Part shown: positions 42,970 to 52,544 of the stretch, in pieces | Numbering within the stretch: the stretch's first letter is position 1 | Layout: each line of letters opens with the position of its first letter | IMG/VR virus record: IMGVR_UViG_3300002144_000620 | Location: 89,962-153,961 of that record | From: a virus | DNA length: 64,000 nt | Direction: 5' to 3' (one strand) | Made by a program: the position numbers and the translations under genes | Notes under the pieces: model-generated | What the model was told of the DNA's origin: nothing | Seen by the model: only the letters and a program-made list of their open reading frames with translations | The model's database searches: none

Positions 42970-43602
42970 ATGGATAAATTAATTGATTTGTTTTTATTTA
43001 AAATAAAGTATAATTTGTTTTTGTTATATAAAAAGGTTATAACAAAGAAATCAAGAAGATATATAATGTTCTTTGTTGGTAGGTATCCAGATAACTTTAA
43101 ACACGGGTTAAAACCTATTTTAGATAATAACCGTAATTTAAAATGGGTTTTTGGTCCAGCTTCAATTATAATAATATTTAGTTCTAAAGAAAAATTAAAA
43201 TATTTAGATAAATTCTTTAAAAAAATGTACTCTGAATATGCAGAGTCTTTCTTTTTATTTGATGTGACAAAAGGTAAATACTCAAAACATGTTATTGACG
43301 ATTACTATAAACACTTATATTCAGATGACACATCAAAACATAATGATACTACCTTAAATAAGATTCAATATTTTATTGATATGGTTTCAAAAGCTAGAGA
43401 AGAATATATAGATATATTAAATGAGGAAATCAGATACGCTAATGATGAAAAAGATAAAGAAAATGACCAAACAACCAACACCAAGATTGGTATGGACACA
43501 ATAGATCCAATCTTAGATAAGATAATCGAACATGGGTACAGTAGCTTAACAGATAAAGAAAAAATAATTTTAAAAAAATATAATACAGATAATGAACTAT
43601 AA
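42970..43602 (+). CDS. Hypothetical protein with C-terminal DUF6576-like motif
   Basis: IDPILDKIIEHGYSSLTDKEKIIL. Confidence 0.6.
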   Translation: MDKLIDLFLFKIKYNLFLLYKKVITKKSRRYIMFFVGRYPDNFKHGLKPILDNNRNLKWVFGPASIIIIFSSKEKLKYLDKFFKKMYSEYAESFFLFDVTKGKYSKHVIDDYYKHLYSDDTSKHNDTTLNKIQYFIDMVSKAREEYIDILNEEIRYANDEKDKENDQTTNTKIGMDTIDPILDKIIEHGYSSLTDKEKIILKKYNTDNEL

Positions 43603-44398
43603 AAAAGACACATCACATTGGATTGATCAAAAAGAGATCGCTTATTATTTACATGACGTAAGAAAACATGAACCTTTATCTAGGTTAGAAGAACATCTTT
43701 TATTAAAAGAAATTAGGTTAGGTAAAGATGGCGCTAAAGAAAAACTAATTAATGCGAATTTAAGGTATGTAATTAGTGTAGCCAAAAAATACCAAAACAA
43801 CGGTTTAGGTCTAGAAGATTTAATTTCAGAAGGTAATTTAGGTTTACTAAAAGCTGCTGAAAGATTTAACTACGAACAAGACGAAGTTAGATTTTTATCA
43901 TACGCTGTATGGTGGATTAAACAATGTATTATACAATCACTAAACGATAATTCACGTATGATTAGATTACCAATTAATGTTATTAATGACGTTAGAAAAG
44001 CTGGTAAAGATTCTGAAAAGAATTTTAGTGAAGAAAATGAAGCTATAGGTTTAGGTTCTTTTGTGAATTTACCTTCTGTTAATAGATTGGATGATAAATA
44101 TGATGAGGACGGTTTATCTCTATATGATAAAACCGAAGACACAACATCACTTAGACCAGATGATATATATGACAACGAGCAAGCTAATCTTAGTAACGCC
44201 TTAAAAAAAGTGTTAACGGAATTAACCGATACAGAAAAAATGGTGATAACCAGGTATTTCGGTTTAGAGTGCGATGAATCAACATTACAAGATATATCAG
44301 AAGATTTAAAGTTAACAAAGGAACGTGTAAGACAAATTAAAGAAAAAGCAATAAAGAAAATACGCTTTTATTCAAGTAGTATTTTCGAATTATTGTAA
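43592..44398 (+). CDS. RNA polymerase sigma-70 family factor (RpoD/RpoS-like, no region 1.1)
   Basis: ANLRYVISVAKKY, DLISEGNLGLLKAAERF, SYAVWWIKQ, IRLP, region 4 LTKERVRQIKEKAIKK. Confidence 0.95.
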   Translation: MNYKKDTSHWIDQKEIAYYLHDVRKHEPLSRLEEHLLLKEIRLGKDGAKEKLINANLRYVISVAKKYQNNGLGLEDLISEGNLGLLKAAERFNYEQDEVRFLSYAVWWIKQCIIQSLNDNSRMIRLPINVINDVRKAGKDSEKNFSEENEAIGLGSFVNLPSVNRLDDKYDEDGLSLYDKTEDTTSLRPDDIYDNEQANLSNALKKVLTELTDTEKMVITRYFGLECDESTLQDISEDLKLTKERVRQIKEKAIKKIRFYSSSIFELL

Positions 44399-44416
44399 TT
44401 TTAACTAAAAAGTAAA

Positions 44417-44424
44417 TATTTATA
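44417..44424 (+). promoter_or_regulatory. TATTTATA putative late promoter
   Basis: Motif just upstream of ATG 44429 at the head of the putative lysis operon. Confidence 0.55.
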
Positions 44425-44428
44425 TGAT

Positions 44429-44773
44429 ATGGAAAAGATAAAAAATTTTTTTAGCAAATATGGTTTAATTGCTTTTGTTGTTTTATTTTTAATAATGATG
44501 ATGCGAGGTTGCAGTAAAAACGCTACGATTAGTAAATTGAAAAAAGAAAATTCAGCTTTAACAACTGAAATGGATTCATTAAATAAATTAGTTATGACTG
44601 AAGATCAGTTTGAATTAATTATATTTAAATCTAAATCAGAAGAACTAGGTATTGTTATAAACGAAATATCAAAATACGATAGAAATAAAAGTATGATGGA
44701 ATTACAATTCAATATCATTGATAAAAAGGTGTCTATCGATAAAAAAATAAAAAATATTGAAAAAATGAAATAA
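44429..44773 (+). CDS. Membrane-anchored or lipoprotein coiled-coil protein
   Basis: N-terminal hydrophobic helix ending in MRGC, then heptads. Confidence 0.65.
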   Translation: MEKIKNFFSKYGLIAFVVLFLIMMMRGCSKNATISKLKKENSALTTEMDSLNKLVMTEDQFELIIFKSKSEELGIVINEISKYDRNKSMMELQFNIIDKKVSIDKKIKNIEKMK

Positions 44774-44776
44774 GTT

Positions 44777-46303
44777 ATGTTGGTACACAAACACATTATA
44801 AACTATGATATAAATGAATCTCTAACACTTTTAAAAGTAGTTAAAGACCAATTCAACTCGAATAGGGTTATCATTGTTTCGGATTATGAAGATAACAATA
44901 AAGCTACATCTGAAGTAATATCCGTTAAAGATATATTAAAGAAATATGGTTTTATGTGGGATGGTAAAAACAAACAATGGTGGTTAAACGATAAGTTCAA
45001 ACCAATCGAAGAGGTTATAGATATCGCTAAAAAAGCTGTTGCCGAGGCTAATGAAAAATTAAAACAATCCAATGAGGCTAATGAGATTATAGCTAAGTTA
45101 GAGGATATCAAGGATTTCATTAAAACAGCACCAGTGTCACCCGAAGCTAATGTCACCAAAGATGATATTACTAAAAAGTTAGAGGGTTTTATCAATGAAC
45201 TAGCTGATGAAGTGGATAGTCTTAGGTTAACTAGTAAAATTAAAGATTATTTCGATTTTTTAAGTAAATTCCCTAAATATTCATTTACTAACCAAATATT
45301 AATATATATACAAAATAGTGGTGCCACTAAAGTTAACTCCAGAACTGGTTGGTCTAAATTAGGTCTAAAACCAAAAGAAGACGCCCAACAAATATTAATC
45401 TGGAGACCAACACTAAAACCAGCTTCAGCTGCTGAGAAAGCACAAAGACGTGAAAAGTTCTTAAAAGGTCTTAAAGGTGGATTAACCCCAGATAAACAAA
45501 AAGAATTGGATAAAATACTTAAAGCACCAGTTGCTTCAATGCCGTTCGTATTATACCCAGTTTATGATACCAAAGATGTTGTAAAAGAGGATGGTTCTGA
45601 ATACGAACAACCAGAAAAAGTTGATTTAGAATGGTTTGATGAAACTGAAAACGATGTTGCTGATAAAATATTTGAAGCGATGGTTAAAGTTTATGTTGAT
45701 TACGGTATCGACTTTGCTATAGCAGATGCTAAAGGTGGTGAAAAGGGTTACTCAGCTGGTGGTAAAATAAGAATCTCTAGTGATAGTAAAGGTATAGGTA
45801 GGGCTTCTGTGTCTATACATGAATTTGCTCACGAATTAATGCACCAGACATTCCTTAAAACAAAAGCTGAAAGTGGTAAAGATAGGGATAAGTTAGGTGA
45901 AAAAACTAGACACATATTAGATGCTTACGTTGGTAGAAATATTAGTGAAGTACTCGAATTGCAAGCAGAATCGGTTGCCTACGTTGTCTTAAAGTCGTTT
46001 GATATACCAGGTTTAAAGTATGCAATAAACTATATAGCTTTATGGAAAGGTACTAAGGATAGTATAATAGGTAACTTAGACGTAATAACGACAACAGCTA
46101 ATGTTATCATAAAATCTTTAAATAAACATATTGATAATGTAAATGAGGTTGAAGGTGAGTCTGATATACACGGTAATACTGTGTCAATGGGTGATGTAGC
46201 CAAATTGCTTAAAGCACCTATTAATAAAAATGTTGAATCTATAGATGAAATATTTGGAGATATAAACGAAGCTAAAAATATGTTTAAAAACATAATAAAG
46301 TAA
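44777..46303 (+). CDS. ArdC-like protein: ssDNA-binding domain plus zincin metallopeptidase
   Basis: FPKYSFTNQILIYIQ...W.KLG (ArdC-N-like), HEFAH at 45818-45832, ELQAESVAY; extra N-terminal GFMWDGKNKQWW module. Confidence 0.75.
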   Translation: MLVHKHIINYDINESLTLLKVVKDQFNSNRVIIVSDYEDNNKATSEVISVKDILKKYGFMWDGKNKQWWLNDKFKPIEEVIDIAKKAVAEANEKLKQSNEANEIIAKLEDIKDFIKTAPVSPEANVTKDDITKKLEGFINELADEVDSLRLTSKIKDYFDFLSKFPKYSFTNQILIYIQNSGATKVNSRTGWSKLGLKPKEDAQQILIWRPTLKPASAAEKAQRREKFLKGLKGGLTPDKQKELDKILKAPVASMPFVLYPVYDTKDVVKEDGSEYEQPEKVDLEWFDETENDVADKIFEAMVKVYVDYGIDFAIADAKGGEKGYSAGGKIRISSDSKGIGRASVSIHEFAHELMHQTFLKTKAESGKDRDKLGEKTRHILDAYVGRNISEVLELQAESVAYVVLKSFDIPGLKYAINYIALWKGTKDSIIGNLDVITTTANVIIKSLNKHIDNVNEVEGESDIHGNTVSMGDVAKLLKAPINKNVESIDEIFGDINEAKNMFKNIIK

Positions 46304-47292
46304 TGAAAGAAAATATAACCAAAAACTTTATAATAGGTACGTTTGTAACATTATATGTTATGGTATCAGTCATATCAACAATACATGTAATTGATTTCTT
46401 CGAACTATCAAACCCTAAATGGTTAGCTATTACATTAGCAATAGCTTTTGAGATAGGGGCCGCAGCGTCTTTAGCATCGATAATAGCTCTTAAAAAAATG
46501 AACAAATCTATTGTTTGGGCACTATTTTTCATATTAACAGCTATGCAAGCAATGGGTAACACTTATTACGCATATAAAAACTTGGTCGACTTTAAAATGT
46601 GGTCGGAATTATTTGGTTTAGTTGATTACGAACCCATTTTCCAAAAAAGGGTTATGTCCATAGTTAGTGGTGCTATACTACCATTAGTAGCCCTAGGGTT
46701 TATTAAATCATTAGTTGATTATATTAAACCTAGTTCTGAAGATACCGATACCGAATTAATTGAACCCGTAGCGATTGAAACCACTCCAACTGATGAAGGA
46801 CCTACAGGTAGTAATGGACCAGATGATTCTAACCTTAATGAAGTTAATCACGATGACGATCTTTTTACTGATCTAGAGTCTGAACTGGAATATTGGGACA
46901 CAACATTACAGGATGGTTTAGATGAAGAAGCGAGTTCCCCAGAAAAAGGATTGGGTTTATACGCTTACGATGATTTTAGTGACTACAATAACCTAGTTAA
47001 TTACCATAACGAAGAAACAAACACAGAAAAAATTGATTTCGATGAAGATCATGCTCTCGATATGGTTTTAAATAATATGGTTGATGATATTAATGAAGAT
47101 GAAATTAATTTAATTAATAATCAGACGACAGATTCGGTTACATTAGAAAACGAGTCTATTGAACCATTAAAATCCGAAGGTCATGAGTTAGATGTCGACA
47201 TTTTAGAAGTTAACGATCAAAAAGCGGAAGAAATTTTTAATAATAAAAATATTGAGAATATAATGGTTTTTAAGAAAGATGATAATCAATAA
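46303..47292 (+). CDS. Multi-pass membrane protein with acidic tail (holin candidate)
   Basis: About four hydrophobic helices in first 140 aa; immediately upstream of amidase-fold gene. Confidence 0.55.
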   Translation: MKENITKNFIIGTFVTLYVMVSVISTIHVIDFFELSNPKWLAITLAIAFEIGAAASLASIIALKKMNKSIVWALFFILTAMQAMGNTYYAYKNLVDFKMWSELFGLVDYEPIFQKRVMSIVSGAILPLVALGFIKSLVDYIKPSSEDTDTELIEPVAIETTPTDEGPTGSNGPDDSNLNEVNHDDDLFTDLESELEYWDTTLQDGLDEEASSPEKGLGLYAYDDFSDYNNLVNYHNEETNTEKIDFDEDHALDMVLNNMVDDINEDEINLINNQTTDSVTLENESIEPLKSEGHELDVDILEVNDQKAEEIFNNKNIENIMVFKKDDNQ

Positions 47293-47881
47293 GGAATACT
47301 ACTTTGATGATAAAGATTATATAAAAAAAACTAGGGCCAATAAGAAACAGATAGTACTTATCAATACCTCATGCACACTTGAGGAACATATAACAAAAAT
47401 AGAAACACGGTACAACGGTAAATATGATCGAATACCGTGTTTTTTTATTTCCATAAATGGTGATATATACCAACACTTTAGCGTTAAAAGTTATAATAAA
47501 TTGATGTCCGAGTATAATATCGAGAAAAATGTTATAACGATAGCTATTGAGAATGTCGGTTGGTTATACAAAGACATGATAACTGGTAATATGGTTGACT
47601 GGAAAGGTTCTAAATATCTTGGTGATATTGTTGAGATACCGTGGAGAGGTAAAAAGTACTGGGCTACGTACCCTGAGGTACAATATACTAAACTTGCTGA
47701 ATTAGTAGACTATTTATGTATAGAACAGGGGGTGGTAAAAGAATTTATTGGTACCAATATTGTTGTGGATAAACCAAATTATTATAAAGGTATACTCAAC
47801 AGAAGTAATTACAGTAAAAACTATTATGATTTGTCACCAGCCGTAAATTTTAAAAAATTAACTAAATTAATTAATAAATAA
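47279..47881 (+). CDS. N-acetylmuramoyl-L-alanine amidase (Amidase_2) fold, degenerate active site
   Basis: KQIVL, F.IS.NG.IYQ, IAIE, Y.EVQY..L..LV..LC, D.SP pattern; Zn-binding His positions replaced. Confidence 0.7.
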   Translation: MIINKEYYFDDKDYIKKTRANKKQIVLINTSCTLEEHITKIETRYNGKYDRIPCFFISINGDIYQHFSVKSYNKLMSEYNIEKNVITIAIENVGWLYKDMITGNMVDWKGSKYLGDIVEIPWRGKKYWATYPEVQYTKLAELVDYLCIEQGVVKEFIGTNIVVDKPNYYKGILNRSNYSKNYYDLSPAVNFKKLTKLINK

Positions 47882-47885
47882 GGAT

Positions 47886-48479
47886 ATGAATAAAAGTTTC
47901 GATTATGATAAGGATTATGATGATATAAGATCATTAATCACTAAAGTTAAAGCTATTACAATAAATGAATCTTTTGAACCAGGTGTAACGTTAATTGAAC
48001 CAAAAGACAGTAACCACCTTTACAATAATTTAGGTGAGGAGGAAATTGTTAAGACAACACCTGAAGAGGTTGGTTCTAAAGAAGGTGATGAAATTACTTT
48101 TGACGCTGTTAATACCATTGGATACCTAAGCAAAGCCGAGGGGATCGAATTGGATAAAGACGCTTTCCAAGAGTCTATTGGTGAATTAATAAAATCAACT
48201 GGTCTATTACTACCTTATGTAAATATACGGGTTGAAAACGGTAGGGTTATAATATCATCAGACGTTATAAAGAACCCATCATTAGAAATAGTAAAAGAAT
48301 TGGTTATTGATACAGACGAAGAGGACGTTAGAATTAATTTGGTTTCAGGTGCATTGACTTTAAGTCAAGATTTATTAAATTTATTAAACTCTGTTAGTAG
48401 ATCATATGACGACCCACAAATAGGTAGAAATAATTTGATTAAATTAACACAAATATCGGAACCAAATTCAGAACAATAA
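47886..48479 (+). CDS. Hypothetical acidic protein
   Basis: ORF; N-terminal segment ends in TINES. Confidence 0.7.
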   Translation: MNKSFDYDKDYDDIRSLITKVKAITINESFEPGVTLIEPKDSNHLYNNLGEEEIVKTTPEEVGSKEGDEITFDAVNTIGYLSKAEGIELDKDAFQESIGELIKSTGLLLPYVNIRVENGRVIISSDVIKNPSLEIVKELVIDTDEEDVRINLVSGALTLSQDLLNLLNSVSRSYDDPQIGRNNLIKLTQISEPNSEQ

Positions 48480-48847
48480 TGAAAGATAGTGTACAAATAA
48501 CGATAACAATAAAAAGCATTATTAAGATTACGTTAATCTTAGTAATTTCTTTTATCATATGTTTCGTTGTATTATCTAAGAGTAACGGTGGTTTTATCGA
48601 TACAAACCATTATGATAAAACAATTGATTCCCTGAATCAAGTTATAGTAAAACACGATAAGAATATCGATTCTCTTAATAACTCAATTAACAATAGGACG
48701 TTGATAATTGAAAATTATGAAGAACAACTAACATTACTTAATAATAAATTTTATTTACAACGAAAAGAATATGAAAAGAATATTAATCGTATTAATGGTA
48801 TGTCTAATTCAGATATTGCCAGCGAATTCACAAACACTTTTAGATGA
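48479..48847 (+). CDS. i-spanin-like protein
   Basis: N-terminal TM helix then coiled coil; overlaps next gene by 77 nt. Confidence 0.55.
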   Translation: MKDSVQITITIKSIIKITLILVISFIICFVVLSKSNGGFIDTNHYDKTIDSLNQVIVKHDKNIDSLNNSINNRTLIIENYEEQLTLLNNKFYLQRKEYEKNINRINGMSNSDIASEFTNTFR

Positions 48848-49178
48848 TTCAACTTGTTGTGTACCATGCTATACACTAAAAAATGCGTTAATACTAAAAC
48901 AAGATTATGATTTACTTAAAACTGAATTAAATCTTAGTAGAGATAGTATTAATATATACACTAATATAAGTTTACAAAAAGATTCCATAGTATTGGATCA
49001 AAGAAATATTATAAAAGAGAATGGTGATATAATTACGGTAAAAAATAGTATTCTTAGTGAAAAAGATAAAAAAATTATTGATTTAAATAAAAACATAAAA
49101 CATTATAAAAAACAAAGAAATGTTACTATACTAACAGGTGCAGCTTTAATTGTGTTAACAATATTTATTTCTAGGTAA
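48771..49178 (+). CDS. Spanin-like partner (signal peptide, coiled coil, C-terminal TM)
   Basis: MKRILIVLMVCL signal, CCVPC, heptads, C-terminal hydrophobic helix. Confidence 0.5.
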   Translation: MKRILIVLMVCLIQILPANSQTLLDDSTCCVPCYTLKNALILKQDYDLLKTELNLSRDSINIYTNISLQKDSIVLDQRNIIKENGDIITVKNSILSEKDKKIIDLNKNIKHYKKQRNVTILTGAALIVLTIFISR

Positions 49179-49196
49179 CATTTATAAAAAACTAAC

Positions 49197-49204
49197 TATT
49201 TATA
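49197..49204 (+). promoter_or_regulatory. TATTTATA putative late promoter
   Basis: Motif 16 nt before ATG 49221. Confidence 0.6.
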
Positions 49205-49220
49205 TTAATAAAACCAGGTT

Positions 49221-49559
49221 ATGAAAGTAAAAATAACAGATACTCAACTAGAACAATATATTAAAGAGTGTTTAATTGAGAGTGATACTAAATCATTAGT
49301 TAGTGAAGAACTAACAGCAACTGATAAGAGTGACATTAAATCCATGGTCAAAAAAGAGATTAAGGATTTTCTGGATATTAACCGTGGTTCCCAGTTTGAA
49401 ACTAAAGTTAAGAGTATTGTTAAAGATAGTATCAAAGGGGATAAAGATTTAGAGAATAAAATGGTTGAAATAAGTAGAAATGTTTTGGTACAACTATATA
49501 AACAACTTTGGACTAGAAGAGCTTTCTGGGCTAACGACCTTAAAAACGTAGCTAATTAA
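49221..49559 (+). CDS. Hypothetical protein, possible internal head protein
   Basis: N-terminal MKVKITDTQLEQYIKECLIES leader. Confidence 0.65.
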   Translation: MKVKITDTQLEQYIKECLIESDTKSLVSEELTATDKSDIKSMVKKEIKDFLDINRGSQFETKVKSIVKDSIKGDKDLENKMVEISRNVLVQLYKQLWTRRAFWANDLKNVAN

Positions 49560-52483
49560 TGAAAAAAGAAGATTTATTAAATAATATCAATAAACTTGGT
49601 GAAGTTAACGAATCAGCTTCATTAGGCTCTGTTCTTGGTGATCCAGGTAGTGCAACATATGGTGGTTTTATAGGGCCGTTAAGTATGATTAGTAAAAAGA
49701 AATTAAATAGTCGCTTATTCTACACATGGGGTGATAAAAGTGTTAAAAACGGATCTGGTACTGGTTCTATTGTTGAACCACCACAGGGTTACGTTAAAGA
49801 ACATGTATACACTAACGAAGGTGAAATGGTTACTGAGGGTGATCTAATGAAATGGTTTGGGGATGACCTTAAACAAGGACCCGCATATAATGGTGGTAAA
49901 ATAGTTAGTATCGAACCTAAATGTATGGCATTTCCTTATTGCTCACAAGGAGCTATTGATAAACCCATCAAATTAATAGGTGAATCTAAAGAAGAAATGT
50001 GTGAAGACTGTTACGGTTATTGCTCACATATCGGTAAAGAAACTAATAAAACACCTGAATATATAGCGAAGTTAATAAGAGAAAAATACTTAGAAGAAGC
50101 TGAAGATTTAGGTTTAGCTGAAGAAGTGGATAACCAAACTGAGTCAGTAATTGAAAAATTAGATGAATCAATCGAACTTAAAAATAATATTTTAGAAAAT
50201 ATAAATAAAATGGAAAATATACAATTTACACCAGAAACCGCATCAAAATGTATGAATGGTATTATGGAAAATAAACATCTCGCTGAATGCATGTACGAGA
50301 TGTTAATAAAAGAAGGTTTTTTACCAGAAACCATTAATGAAGGTGAAACCTATGAAGGTTATTGTAAATCCATGATGGAGGATGCTGAAATTTGTATGGA
50401 AATGATGAAAGCTTGTTCAATGAACGAAAGTGATTGTGGTACAAAAGTTAATGAGGGTATTAAATCATTCATGAATAGTGGTAAAATAACTGAAGAAGAG
50501 GGTATTAACCCAGCCATCTATGAACAATTAAAATATTGTATCGGAAAAGGTCATTCTTATGAAGTATCTAAACAACATGTTGCTGATGCTGTTGACGGAT
50601 GGGATCTTTCAATGGAAGATTACAACGAAGCTAAAAAGATGTTTGGTAAAGAAAAGAAAATGACCGAAAACGAACCAGCTGGTGAATCCAACGGTAAATA
50701 CGCAAAAATAAAATTAAGTGTTGAAAATAACGGTGCTAGAAAAACGGGTGTTAAATTAATTGACATGTTTATAGGTAGAATGTTACCAGGCATGGGAACA
50801 TCTGATCTTGCTGACACATCTACATTTGCAAATGGTTTAGATACTGTTGAAGAATATTTAGTAGACGGTGATTATCAAAGCGCTGTTGATACCGCAAAAG
50901 ATACTGCTAATGAAATGTTAGAAGACGAAGGTATGGGTATGGATATGTTTGATGAAGGTCCTATCGAAGATAACGCAAAAGCCGCTATTAATGAACGTGA
51001 AGAAAGATATATGTTTTTCACTAATTTAGAACAAATGAAAAGAGAAGCTGATATGTTATTAGCTTTAGACGAAACTAAGATACAACAACTTTTAGATAAC
51101 GGTCATGATTGGGCACAAGATCATATAGCTACCGCTAAAGAAAGTATGGATCAAGTATTTGATTTTATCATGAACGAAATGGAGGGGTCAAAAGAAGAAG
51201 AACCAGAAATGGAGGAACCAGAAATGGAAGAACCAGAAACGGAAGAACCAGAAATGGAAATCGCTGAAATGTTTGATGTTGAAGATGACACCGAAGTTAA
51301 ATCAAGCTCACAACAATATGATACTGAGTTAAGACAGTTTAATCAATTTATGAATGCTGTTGAGACTAATTTAGGTAAAGTAGCTAAAACACTATCAAAC
51401 GACTCTACCAAAGAGATGTTTAATAACTATTATAGAGGTTTTGAATCTAGTAAAGAAGCTAACGCTGATGAATTTATTGATTTTATACAAAAAGGTACTG
51501 AAGAAAATTATATTGAATACTACGATAGGTTATTCTCAAAAGGTGGTAACCAAAGCATATTAATGTTATTAACATCACCAGTTAAAAGAGGTTTCTTGGA
51601 TAATAGTGGTTTAGGTAATGATGATATGTTATTGGACGCTTTAGATGGTGTTAATGAGTTACAACCAAAGGTTACTAAGAAACGTGATTTTATTTCTGAC
51701 TATAACGAAAGAAAAGACAAGGGGGTTGATACAACAGATAAAGAAGACGATTTTTCTGATGAAAAAGAACCATCTATGTCAGATTTAAAAAATATTGAAA
51801 AAATGGGCGATGATTTTGATTTTAGTGACGAAGATTTCTTGGAAGAGGCTGATCTAGCTAAATTTGAACCAATTAAAGGTAAGTTTGTTGATTCTGAAAA
51901 TAGTACAAATTCTAAAAAAGAATCTAAAGAAGGTATGGAAGATGCTGAGGATTCACAAGAATCTACTGAAGAGAAAGTTGATAACTTGAAAAACCAAAAA
52001 TTCTCACCTAATATGGAGACACCAACAAATGGGGAAACTAAAGAATTAGCTTTAGGTTATAAAAATGCTTTAAACTTAGATTACTCAACAGAACCTAATA
52101 AACAATATATGGATAGAGTTGAAATGGAGGTTAAGACTGGTCACTCGGTAAAACGTGATAAAGAGTTAGGTGAAGAAGCTAACATTGATAATGAGAGTGA
52201 GGCTGGTAATAAAGTATGGAATGCGTCCAAAGAAAATCAAGCTAATGCTGATTACGATTGGGCTCCAAATCCTTTAGTAACAACAGACCAGGCTTATCAA
52301 AAAACATCTGTTAGTGGTAAAGTTAAAGACGGTAATAGGGGTAATAAAGTAAACGAAGATTTAGACAAAATGAAGAAAATGTTCAATTACGATCAAAAAC
52401 TAATTAATGAAGATAAACAAAGTAAATTAGTTGATGAGAATGAAGTTTTCTTAAAACATGTTAGTAAGAAAAAAATGTTATAA
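49559..52483 (+). CDS. Large acidic multi-module protein, possible head core/internal protein
   Basis: Very E/D/M-rich, many I/L/V-x-E motifs separating distinct segments. Confidence 0.6.
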   Translation: MKKEDLLNNINKLGEVNESASLGSVLGDPGSATYGGFIGPLSMISKKKLNSRLFYTWGDKSVKNGSGTGSIVEPPQGYVKEHVYTNEGEMVTEGDLMKWFGDDLKQGPAYNGGKIVSIEPKCMAFPYCSQGAIDKPIKLIGESKEEMCEDCYGYCSHIGKETNKTPEYIAKLIREKYLEEAEDLGLAEEVDNQTESVIEKLDESIELKNNILENINKMENIQFTPETASKCMNGIMENKHLAECMYEMLIKEGFLPETINEGETYEGYCKSMMEDAEICMEMMKACSMNESDCGTKVNEGIKSFMNSGKITEEEGINPAIYEQLKYCIGKGHSYEVSKQHVADAVDGWDLSMEDYNEAKKMFGKEKKMTENEPAGESNGKYAKIKLSVENNGARKTGVKLIDMFIGRMLPGMGTSDLADTSTFANGLDTVEEYLVDGDYQSAVDTAKDTANEMLEDEGMGMDMFDEGPIEDNAKAAINEREERYMFFTNLEQMKREADMLLALDETKIQQLLDNGHDWAQDHIATAKESMDQVFDFIMNEMEGSKEEEPEMEEPEMEEPETEEPEMEIAEMFDVEDDTEVKSSSQQYDTELRQFNQFMNAVETNLGKVAKTLSNDSTKEMFNNYYRGFESSKEANADEFIDFIQKGTEENYIEYYDRLFSKGGNQSILMLLTSPVKRGFLDNSGLGNDDMLLDALDGVNELQPKVTKKRDFISDYNERKDKGVDTTDKEDDFSDEKEPSMSDLKNIEKMGDDFDFSDEDFLEEADLAKFEPIKGKFVDSENSTNSKKESKEGMEDAEDSQESTEEKVDNLKNQKFSPNMETPTNGETKELALGYKNALNLDYSTEPNKQYMDRVEMEVKTGHSVKRDKELGEEANIDNESEAGNKVWNASKENQANADYDWAPNPLVTTDQAYQKTSVSGKVKDGNRGNKVNEDLDKMKKMFNYDQKLINEDKQSKLVDENEVFLKHVSKKKML
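51197..51256 (+). repeat. 15-bp tandem repeat x4 encoding EEPEM
   Basis: GAAGAACCAGAAATG consensus; two copies carry one substitution each. Confidence 0.9.
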
Positions 52484-52505
52484 TTTTTTTTAAAATATCT
52501 TAAAT

Positions 52506-52539
52506 AATAAGGGTTTCTCAAAAAGAAGCCCTTATTTAT
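52506..52539 (+). terminator. Terminator hairpin overlapping a TATTTAT motif
   Basis: AATAAGGGTTTCT-CAAAA-AGAAGCCCTTATT; TATTTAT at 52533-52539. Confidence 0.65.
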
Positions 52540-52544
52540 TATAT

